From positions 1 to 43,771 of the forward strand of contig JBAXEZ010000003.1 of assembly GCA_037140195.1 (NCBI GenBank): a stretch of DNA of 43,771 nucleotides. The letters run 5' to 3'. Position 1 is the first letter of the stretch, and each line of letters begins with the position of its first letter. Position numbers and translations under genes: made by a program. The stretch comes from an archaeon. Lineage in GTDB: Archaea; Nanobdellota; Nanobdellia; Pacearchaeales; GW2011-AR1. Below the pieces are notes generated by a model. That model was not told the origin of the DNA. It searched no databases and was given only the letters and a program-made list of their open reading frames with translations. Of the stretch, positions 27,677 through 35,660 are shown in pieces.

Positions 27677-27726
27677 TTTGCCAAACTCCTCGGGAGTTGG
27701 CAAGGTTGTTCAAAACAACCGCTATC
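27674..27726. repeat. Structured intergenic repeat, copy 3 (hairpins 1-2 and GCTATC)
   Basis: CATTTTGCCAAACTCC..GGAGTTGGCAA-GGTTGTT..AACAACC-GCTATC. Confidence 0.75.
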
Positions 27727-27764
27727 TTTCTTGGTAACTACGAACAAAGTGAGTAATCTGTTAA

Positions 27765-28268
27765 TCATTTTATAGTAACTCCTCTGTCATAATATCCTTT
27801 AACGATTCTTATAGTACTGCCGCCAGAAACATCAAAGCACAAGGGATTTTTAACTTGGGTAGTTTTACTTAGATTTAGATATTTAATCGTCTTGTATGGC
27901 ATATCGCAGGCTTTCTGCGTAGGTAGGATAAAGGTGTTAGCCGCGTAAACTGCGTACATGCTCAGCTCTTCATAGGCACTATTAGGCCCCGTAACTTTTT
28001 CAGTTAAATTAGCAAAACAGAGTTGTTTAATTCCTGGAATATTCACTTCCATTTCAAAATCAGAAGAAGAAGACCTGTAAGCCTCGCCTACCTTGTCTTG
28101 AAATGAATCATAAAATGCTCCAACTTGCGTACAGCTCTTGATATTCAAAAAAGCCTTTATACCATATATTGCAGTAAATATAAAAAATAAAATTAAGATA
28201 AGTGAGAAGATCCAACCAAAGGACATCCCTATTGCTCCGTCACCCTTTTTATTCAATATGCTTCTCAT
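27765..28268 (-). CDS. Class III signal-peptide (pilin-like) protein
   Basis: LNKKG...MSFGWIFSLIL hydrophobic helix; 4 Cys. Confidence 0.7.
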   Translation of the reverse strand: MRSILNKKGDGAIGMSFGWIFSLILILFFIFTAIYGIKAFLNIKSCTQVGAFYDSFQDKVGEAYRSSSSDFEMEVNIPGIKQLCFANLTEKVTGPNSAYEELSMYAVYAANTFILPTQKACDMPYKTIKYLNLSKTTQVKNPLCFDVSGGSTIRIVKGYYDRGVTIK

Positions 28269-28411
28269 TTTTTAACTCCTGCTACTGGAAAAGTTCCTTC
28301 GTAACCACAGTCTTTACATTTCATAGCATTGTTTGGTAATGCATCGGTCGCCCAAACTTGCCAATTAGAACCTTTGCATTTGGGACAAATATTCTTATTC
28401 TTAGCCGTCAC
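28265..28411 (-). CDS. Small zinc-ribbon protein (48 aa), absent from the ORF track
   Basis: GTG start; MTAKNKNICPKCKGSNW...MKCKDCGYEGTFP with two CxxC pairs; ends in an ATGA overlap; AGGAG upstream. Confidence 0.7.
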   Translation of the reverse strand: MTAKNKNICPKCKGSNWQVWATDALPNNAMKCKDCGYEGTFPVAGVKK

Positions 28412-28412
28412 T

Positions 28413-31400
28413 TTATACTCCTAAGAAATTTTCTGTAGGTCTTACAATCAAAGAGCAATCAACCGGTTCAGATCTATATTCGTCTCTACATTTAATAAAA
28501 TACTTTTTATCAGGGAACCATTCTGTTACGTGTGTTGTTGAATTAGCGTATGGCATTTGAGTTCCTTCACTGAATAAATAATCACAACTTTCAGAGTTGT
28601 ATACACATTCAGAATTTAATGGAGTTACGAGTTTCAAATATCCTTCTTCTTCGTAAGCTCTAGCAACTACCGGTGCATTTACATCAATACTTACTTTGAA
28701 TTTTGTCGTCGTATTAGCTACGTTTCCGCCCGCGTCTATACATCTAATGAAATAAGTATGTGTTCCGTCTCCCAAATCTAATCTTTGTGTATGCACTCCG
28801 TCTTGTTTGTCGGTATCAAAGAATTGTATAAAACTACTTGGAGAATTAGTTGTAGAATAATAACAAATTGCTTTGTTGTCTTCACATCCAAATAATGTTT
28901 CAGCATATAACTCAACTGGTGCAGGCCTAACTGCTCCGTATATTGTCTCATTTGGTCTTACAACCTTTAATTTCAATTGATTGCTTCCCCTTAAATTAAA
29001 TACATAACTTTCTTTGTTTGTGTTTCTCTTACTTTCATTTACTGTGCCGGAAGGTTGGTCCTTACATCTTACATAGAAGTTTGTTCCATCTCTTGCAATT
29101 CCATTTAATTTTGTTACACAAGTATAACTTTCTATCGCATTAATCTCTGCAGGATTTGTGCTACAAGTCATTTCAGTCTTCATTTGTTCATAATCTCTGT
29201 CTGTGAAATCCCATCTACACTGTGCTGGCTCATTTACATAAAATTCTACAGTTGCATTTTCAGCGTCTGCAGGAACACATCCTTTATTTTTGATTGAAGT
29301 TCCATGAACAACTGGTGCTGTGTTATCTGGAGAAGGATCTACACATAATTTAAGTGCATAATCTGCTTCATTTGCATTTCCTGCAGCATCCTTACATCTT
29401 ATATAGAACAATAATTCTTTTCCATTCTGTAATGTAATAGATGAATTCTTTATATCTGCAGATGAAGGCAAATTCAAAGACTCAGTATGGTTATAAGAAT
29501 ATAAGTTACTTCCTCCCATGAAAGTTGCCATTCTCGAATAATTTCCTTTAGCTTCAATATCAATCTTACATTGTGAAGGTTCATTCGTTGTGATTGCAAA
29601 TTTAAGTGGTGTGTAAGCAGGTATACATCCATTAGATTTACTACTCTCGATGTTAAATCCTGCTCCTGGTGGCATTTCTACAACATGAGTATAAGAATAT
29701 CCTTCAGTTATTTCAGATTCCAATGGTTTAATTACTGGGGGAGAAGAATCTCTTGGATTAATATTTACACATCTTTCTTCCTTAGTTCCTTTGTTCACAA
29801 TTGCACAAGATTGTCCTAATGATTTACATCTATATTCAGAACATGGAAGTGTTGCATCATTACATAACTCGCAATCTTTTCCACCCTGGGGTGCTTGCCA
29901 TGGTAAACAAGTAAATGTAACTGTTTCAGTGCTTGTTTTTTCTTTAGACCACATTGCATTATATATTAACCATGCTGATGCTGCGCCAATTGCTGCAGAT
30001 GTCCAAGGAGAAGATAGCCAGTTTCCACCAATATCTACTTTTTTACTCCCAAGTGTTGCTTCTCCAATTTTTCCGTCAAGCTTTCCATTGATACCGCCCC
30101 TCCCTAGAAAAGCATAAGCAGTTTTTCCAATTAAAATTCCTCCAACAATACCTGCAGTCATTGCTGCAACTTCTTGTTTATCTTTAATAAATAAACTTCC
30201 TAAAGTCATTGTTAATCCTGCCGCAATTCCTGCCCATTTTAGTCCTTCCATTACTTGTCCAACTCCAAAACTCCAATCAGTTCCGAAAACTTTCATTGTG
30301 CCTCTATCTAAAAATTTTCCGTTATTGTTATAGTTAGCTCCGCTAGGGGATACCCACTTTGTAGGATTGCCGGTTGCATCAAATTCAGTAGGTACAGATC
30401 CCTCAGGACCTACATATGGTGATTTTCTTAATAAACCATCGCTCCCCTGGACATAAACTTTTCCATTAATTTCTATATAGGCATTTTCTCCCTTATTTGA
30501 TATTACTCTCCCAATTCCTCCACTGAATGTTTTAGTTTTAGGGTCATATACAAATCCGTCAGGTAATTTATAACTTCCATCTGGGAGCGGTCGAATTTCT
30601 TCCCATGTGGTTCCCCCAGACGTGGAAGATAATATCTGGGTCGTTTCTCGCCCGTTATTCCCCACAATTGTTCTGGTTTTATATCCGGTCACTACATCTC
30701 CCTGAGTAGTATAACTAACTGCACTCTCTTTATATGCTAATTTACTTGGGTCAATTGTTCCGCCTACTAGAATTTTATTAGTTGATAACTCTCGATCTAA
30801 AAGAATGGTATTTCTTCCACTCATTACAAAATATTCCCCCTCCTCATTTTTTGAAAAAGTTTTTACTTGAATATTGTTCTTACCATCATAAACTTGGAAT
30901 GCATTTTGTACGGTGTATGTTTCTAGTGGTGCCTGAGCTATAATTGTTTCTGCAGTTTGAGCAATAGTTGGTGCACCATATTGGGAAGTTAATGTAGGAA
31001 TAGTAGTTACTGGTGCTACTTTGTAATCTAGGTTAGTAGAATAAAATCCTTCAGTACTTAGTTTAACATTGGGGGTAGGTGCTCTGTTCGCAGCAGCTTC
31101 TTGATTTGCAGTAACTTGCTCTTCTTGGCCAAGAGTTGATACGTCCGTTTGAGGCGTAGTGCTTGCTAATGTCAAGCTCGCAGTTTCCAGGTTATAAAGG
31201 CCCCCTATATCACTTGCAGTAAATGTCCTCTGATTGTAAGTTTGCCCACCAGTGACTACCCAAGTGTTCTCTCCGTATTTTTTAATGCTCTCACCATAAC
31301 CCCTATCTAAAATTGATCCGACGGGTGCGCTTTGTAAATCGTTAACATTAATCGCGCTAACAATCTTTGTCTCACTTCCAATCATATATGCAAAAGCAAA

Positions 31401-31460
31401 TGTAGAAATAATTAACATTAATGCAAAACTTACCGAAGTTATTTTTGCTGTTTTATTCAT
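28413..31460 (-). CDS. Large exported protein: Thr/Gly-rich N-region, Gly-rich hydrophobic core, Cys-rich beta-rich C-module
   Basis: N-terminal hydrophobic signal; CLPWQAPQGG.DCELCN...CSEYRCKSLGQSC; repeated Y.RC.D..GN units. Confidence 0.75.
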   Translation of the reverse strand: MNKTAKITSVSFALMLIISTFAFAYMIGSETKIVSAINVNDLQSAPVGSILDRGYGESIKKYGENTWVVTGGQTYNQRTFTASDIGGLYNLETASLTLASTTPQTDVSTLGQEEQVTANQEAAANRAPTPNVKLSTEGFYSTNLDYKVAPVTTIPTLTSQYGAPTIAQTAETIIAQAPLETYTVQNAFQVYDGKNNIQVKTFSKNEEGEYFVMSGRNTILLDRELSTNKILVGGTIDPSKLAYKESAVSYTTQGDVVTGYKTRTIVGNNGRETTQILSSTSGGTTWEEIRPLPDGSYKLPDGFVYDPKTKTFSGGIGRVISNKGENAYIEINGKVYVQGSDGLLRKSPYVGPEGSVPTEFDATGNPTKWVSPSGANYNNNGKFLDRGTMKVFGTDWSFGVGQVMEGLKWAGIAAGLTMTLGSLFIKDKQEVAAMTAGIVGGILIGKTAYAFLGRGGINGKLDGKIGEATLGSKKVDIGGNWLSSPWTSAAIGAASAWLIYNAMWSKEKTSTETVTFTCLPWQAPQGGKDCELCNDATLPCSEYRCKSLGQSCAIVNKGTKEERCVNINPRDSSPPVIKPLESEITEGYSYTHVVEMPPGAGFNIESSKSNGCIPAYTPLKFAITTNEPSQCKIDIEAKGNYSRMATFMGGSNLYSYNHTESLNLPSSADIKNSSITLQNGKELLFYIRCKDAAGNANEADYALKLCVDPSPDNTAPVVHGTSIKNKGCVPADAENATVEFYVNEPAQCRWDFTDRDYEQMKTEMTCSTNPAEINAIESYTCVTKLNGIARDGTNFYVRCKDQPSGTVNESKRNTNKESYVFNLRGSNQLKLKVVRPNETIYGAVRPAPVELYAETLFGCEDNKAICYYSTTNSPSSFIQFFDTDKQDGVHTQRLDLGDGTHTYFIRCIDAGGNVANTTTKFKVSIDVNAPVVARAYEEEGYLKLVTPLNSECVYNSESCDYLFSEGTQMPYANSTTHVTEWFPDKKYFIKCRDEYRSEPVDCSLIVRPTENFLGV

Positions 31461-31888
31461 TTTTTATCTCCTCTATCAATTAACTCAAACAGTAGTTTAA
31501 TTATCTTTTCAAAATCTTCTTTATTAGAATCTAAAAATTCTTTAGGCACATCTTCTCCATAATAATCTAAACGATTTCTAAAAAATGACATTTGTTGGAT
31601 TAAATATGCTTCTTTATCTAAAGATGGATTTTCCTTCAAAAAGTAACTAATTAAACACTGGTGATTTTTACTTCTCATTCCAAATTTAAGCATATATGCA
31701 GTTAGTAGTTCTTTAATAACTTCATAATAATCTTCTGTAGCAAAATCAACATCATTCAATTCTTTCCTTGCTCGAACAAGTCTTTTTTCTGCTTTCTTTT
31801 TTAGAGACTTAATTTTTTCTAAATCAGCATCTACTATTTTAATAAAATCTCTTTCACATAATGTCCAATTCATTATCTCATTTTTCAT
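31457..31888 (-). CDS. HEPN-domain protein (putative toxin)
   Basis: Helical 143-aa protein with YYE..KELL.A, SKNHQC and FRNRLDYYG (Rx4Y variant); coupled to the MNT gene. Confidence 0.7.
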   Translation of the reverse strand: MKNEIMNWTLCERDFIKIVDADLEKIKSLKKKAEKRLVRARKELNDVDFATEDYYEVIKELLTAYMLKFGMRSKNHQCLISYFLKENPSLDKEAYLIQQMSFFRNRLDYYGEDVPKEFLDSNKEDFEKIIKLLFELIDRGDKK

Positions 31889-32403
31889 TTTACTCTAAAA
31901 CTCCCATATAGCTTAATTCCATTAATTACATTATTAAAAAGATTTTCAGGAAGATTACTAATCTTAATTTCTGTAAAAATCTGTACTGGATGCTTAATAA
32001 TTTTTTCATACTTTGTAAAATCTAGTTCTTTTTTAATTACAGTTTCAACAAACAAATCTATATCGCTTTCTTTATCTGATTCGCCCTTTCTTATGCTTCC
32101 AAATAAGATTATACAAGAAGGATTAAGTTCTTCTATTATAAATTCAATCAATCCAGAACCAACAACTTCCTCAATAAAATAATTTGATTTTTTTATTTTA
32201 AAAAGCAAAGAATATTTATCTAAAAGCTTTAATTTTTTCATTTCTTTCAAATATTCTGAAATTGTGGCTCTTGGAAGTTTTGTTTGTTTCTCTATTTCTC
32301 TTACTGTAAAATCTTTCTGCGGATTCTCATAAATTAATTCCATTATCTTGTCCAGTTTTTCGGACTTAAGTCCAGTTTTTCGGACAGATTTTTTACTTAC
32401 CAT
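31885..32403 (-). CDS. HTH + minimal nucleotidyltransferase (MNT antitoxin)
   Basis: FTVREI....KLPRATIS.YL.EM (wHTH) and ILFGS..KGE....SDIDLFV; alternative start at ATG 32343. Confidence 0.85.
   Translation of the reverse strand: MVSKKSVRKTGLKSEKLDKIMELIYENPQKDFTVREIEKQTKLPRATISEYLKEMKKLKLLDKYSLLFKIKKSNYFIEEVVGSGLIEFIIEELNPSCIILFGSIRKGESDKESDIDLFVETVIKKELDFTKYEKIIKHPVQIFTEIKISNLPENLFNNVINGIKLYGSFRVK
32350..32385. promoter_or_regulatory. Tandem palindromic operator-like repeat
   Basis: GTCCAGTTTTTCGGAC occurs twice with a 20-bp period (GTCC-N8-GGAC). Confidence 0.6.
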
Positions 32404-32459
32404 TTTTTAAGCATACCATTTTTTGATATCTTTAAATAATTTAGTTACTTTTTTATTTC

Positions 32460-32846
32460 TCATCTTGAAAACCACGCTCTTATTTTATTTACTATTTTTT
32501 GAAAATTATTTAAATCTGTCTTCTCGATAGTCCCGCCAACAATTGCATTTCCAGTTATTGAACCTGCCCCAGAATTTCCAGTTGCAACAAATTCTTCACT
32601 AGCCGCAGATTCGACTCTTTTCAAAGAATCAAGATTCATTTTTTGTTTGATATATTCTGAGATAGTTAAACTCTCTGAAGGTTTAATCGTTATATTTGTA
32701 ACAACAATCTCATTTCCATTTTTGTCGACTATAATATCTCCTGTTTTCAAATCTTCTACTTTTACTACTTTTAATTCCACAGATGAAACTAAAGAAAACA
32801 TTAGTACAAATACAAACACCAAACTAATTATCTTATGCTTTAACAT
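32460..32846 (-). CDS. Exported small protein with a Hint-like fragment and an ITGNAI motif
   Basis: Signal peptide; KVEDLKTGDIIV; GSITGNAI. Confidence 0.6.
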   Translation of the reverse strand: MLKHKIISLVFVFVLMFSLVSSVELKVVKVEDLKTGDIIVDKNGNEIVVTNITIKPSESLTISEYIKQKMNLDSLKRVESAASEEFVATGNSGAGSITGNAIVGGTIEKTDLNNFQKIVNKIRAWFSR

Positions 32847-34809
32847 AAACTGTTTCTCCTTGTTTTAATTGATATTTACTATTAATAACATAATCGAGTA
32901 TTGCTTCACCAGTTCCGGGATTTAATCTTTGATTTAATACTCCTAAATCTGATTCAAGGAAATAATATGATCTATTTTTATATTTCCATTCGTAACCATC
33001 ATTTACAAATGCTTCGTTAAAGTTAAATCCTGCGCCACAATCCCCCATAGCCGAACAAACTGCATTTGCCTTAGCCGCCCATTCCGGTTTGACCTCAAAT
33101 TTAATTCCTTTCTGAGTTAAACATTCATTATCTCTCGCACTAACACTGTCTAATTCTTGAGAACCGGTAAGTAGATTTTTCTTATAAGTCTTTGTAACTT
33201 CAACTGTACATGTAGCTGTTGCCTGTCCACAAACTTGTGAACTGCTTCCACTTTGCCAGAAATCAAGTCCAGGCGAAACCATTGGAACACAAACACCATT
33301 GTCAACCGAAGATCTGTTTACTCTCCAAGCATTAGTCAATTCATTTTCTTCCCAAGGACCTACACCAGAACCAACAGTGGTTTTAATCACATCGCCAGTC
33401 AGTGAAGTAACTGCATTAGTTGTAGAGGTTAGCGCTGTAACTGAATCCTGTGCAGTTGTAGACGCTCCCGAAGAAGCCGAAGCAGAAGAAACTGGATTTG
33501 TAAATGGTTGTGTTGTTCCAACAGCATATTTTGGATTACCTAAACTAATTCCATCTACTGCTTCAGCCCAGATACAATCTCTCTGGTCTGTATTTTCACA
33601 ATCATCTTTATTTGTAACTGAAACGCAATCTTGCCATCTGTTTACTCTACATGCAGCAACCGAATATTCTCCTGCACTGGTTTGAATTCCAGAGTGTATA
33701 CAAATTTGATTTCTAAAATCATCACAAGCTTCAACCTGAACTCCACCATCTACACAAATTTCTCTATAATGTCTACTTCCTGCAGGATCTGCAGCATTTC
33801 CAACTTCTCCGTCATAAACACACCAAGATTCTCCATTTAATCTAACATTTCCATCCCGGTCTGCACATTTTGTAGTCTTACAATAATTATCGACATTTTT
33901 TGGTTTACCAATCCCAAGGCCACTAAGTAAAGAACTATCCCATGGTGCACATCTACTTCCGGCTAAATAATCACAATTTCCACATGTCTTACTATCTCCT
34001 GTCTTTGCACAAATAGTATCTGGATTAGTAACTCTTCCTTTATTCCAACTTAAATTTCCTTGATTAGAATAAACATTTTCTCTATTTCCTAAAGAATCAA
34101 ACCAATAAGTTTTTCCTTCATAACATTGTGTGGATGCTTGTCTCGCACAGTTAGGAACACCGAGTTCTTCAGCAGAACATAATAATCCTTTATAGAAATA
34201 TTTTCCAGATAAGTCATCGAGTGCAGAAGCATTTAATATTTCGCTACTTGTTGTAGTTGTTCCGCCGCATTGCTGTCTTGTTGTAAACTTACAAGTCTTT
34301 ACTCCCGCTTCGAAAGAAACACAAGCTCCCTCGTCTTGGGAATTCGCAGCAGCGACGCACGCAGTTTCGGAAGTTATCGAAGTTCTAAAATCAATTTTTA
34401 TTCCATAGAATGTAGATAAGCTTTTACATCTAGTCATCGTAACAAAAGAAGCTTGGTCTGCGAGTATACAACATCCAAGTTTACACTGTGCAAGTTCATT
34501 TGCTTTCTTATCACTCCAAGTTCCGCCATTTGTTTGGCAAACTCTCTGAGGAACATTTTCTAAACAAAGTCCTTCTTTAGAATCATAACAAGTTCCAAGT
34601 TTACAAAAAGAAGTTGACTCACAAGAAGTAGGAACTATTTTTCCAGTTTTATCACAAGTACTTTCAGCACCATTTAAACAGAATGCTCCCGAAATTGTTT
34701 TTTCACAGCAAACAGAAGAAGTTGATAAAACTGATTCAGCCGACACATTTCCAATTATAAAAATAAACATAAACGCTAAAACAGCGATGATACCTAATTT
34801 TTTAATCAT
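32833..34809 (-). CDS. Large secreted Cys-rich protein (N-module only)
   Basis: Signal peptide MIKKLGII...VSA; CCEKT.SGA.C, GCCIL, CGNCDY and NGESWC motifs; ATG 34809. Confidence 0.8.
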   Translation of the reverse strand: MIKKLGIIAVLAFMFIFIIGNVSAESVLSTSSVCCEKTISGAFCLNGAESTCDKTGKIVPTSCESTSFCKLGTCYDSKEGLCLENVPQRVCQTNGGTWSDKKANELAQCKLGCCILADQASFVTMTRCKSLSTFYGIKIDFRTSITSETACVAAANSQDEGACVSFEAGVKTCKFTTRQQCGGTTTTSSEILNASALDDLSGKYFYKGLLCSAEELGVPNCARQASTQCYEGKTYWFDSLGNRENVYSNQGNLSWNKGRVTNPDTICAKTGDSKTCGNCDYLAGSRCAPWDSSLLSGLGIGKPKNVDNYCKTTKCADRDGNVRLNGESWCVYDGEVGNAADPAGSRHYREICVDGGVQVEACDDFRNQICIHSGIQTSAGEYSVAACRVNRWQDCVSVTNKDDCENTDQRDCIWAEAVDGISLGNPKYAVGTTQPFTNPVSSASASSGASTTAQDSVTALTSTTNAVTSLTGDVIKTTVGSGVGPWEENELTNAWRVNRSSVDNGVCVPMVSPGLDFWQSGSSSQVCGQATATCTVEVTKTYKKNLLTGSQELDSVSARDNECLTQKGIKFEVKPEWAAKANAVCSAMGDCGAGFNFNEAFVNDGYEWKYKNRSYYFLESDLGVLNQRLNPGTGEAILDYVINSKYQLKQGETVYVKA

Positions 34810-35644
34810 ATGTATTTCCATATCCTGGTGGCCAAGCGTAACTTCTTGATGCAAACCTGTATTTAATATCATTCTTATCCGTGATTATATATAATTTAAC
34901 ACTATCATCTCTTCTTATTTTTTCAATTTTTAAGTCAGGATAATAAAACATAAAGCTAGAAACATCTGAGTCACCATAAGAAGACTCAAATTGCAAGATT
35001 GAATTAGCAACCATTATCACTGTGTATAAGTCTGAATAAACATTTACATCGATTGACTTTGAAAATGATGACGCTCCGTCTGCAGAACGTACTGTTGGCG
35101 CATTAATTTTAATGCTTACTCCGTCAGGATCAATAGAAAGATTAGTTTTAATTGTGCCCGGAGTAATTTCATTTCCCTGTGCTTGCAATTCTGCAATAGC
35201 TCCGTCGTAACATTCTTGTATCTTAGGTTTCATTGCGGCTGCTAAAGCTTTTTCAAAGCTATCCTTTAAGAAAGGCTGTTGAACAACACATGGTTTGTAA
35301 TATTCGTTAGTATAACAAATAAAAGTGTAATTTTCGTCCAGATATTGGCTGGTAAATGTAGGATTAACAACTCCTGCAGCCAAACTTAATTTTTCAATTT
35401 GTGGAGCCAGGCCACTTTCAATACATCTTTCCAAATATGGTTTTTTAGCATTTGTTGAAAATACGGTTGGTCCAAGATAATAAAAATAAAATAAAATAAT
35501 AGCAACAATCAGTATTGCAATTATAATAAAAATTGTTACCTGACCTCGTTTATCCAAAGAGAATATTTGACGAGGATCCCTGTGGGAACCACGCTTATTT
35601 AAATTAGTGGAACCTCTTTTTTGATTCATGTTGTTTTTAGCCAT
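34802..35644 (-). CDS. Class III signal-peptide (pilin-like) protein, paralog A
   Basis: KRG/QVTIFIIIAILIVAIIL; C..C.Y.PC.Q.P pattern. Confidence 0.8.
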   Translation of the reverse strand: MAKNNMNQKRGSTNLNKRGSHRDPRQIFSLDKRGQVTIFIIIAILIVAIILFYFYYLGPTVFSTNAKKPYLERCIESGLAPQIEKLSLAAGVVNPTFTSQYLDENYTFICYTNEYYKPCVVQQPFLKDSFEKALAAAMKPKIQECYDGAIAELQAQGNEITPGTIKTNLSIDPDGVSIKINAPTVRSADGASSFSKSIDVNVYSDLYTVIMVANSILQFESSYGDSDVSSFMFYYPDLKIEKIRRDDSVKLYIITDKNDIKYRFASRSYAWPPGYGNTYD

Positions 35645-35660
35645 TTCTCCTTTATAAAAG

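Noticed and set aside
27677-27703. N-terminal extension MPTPEEFGK of the 331-aa ORF
   Set aside because: It derives from repeat hairpin 1; ATG 27676 gives a normal class III signal peptide.
21092-27726. Dispersed repeats as a CRISPR array
   Set aside because: The copies are kilobases apart, have no repeat-spacer periodicity, and no cas genes are present.
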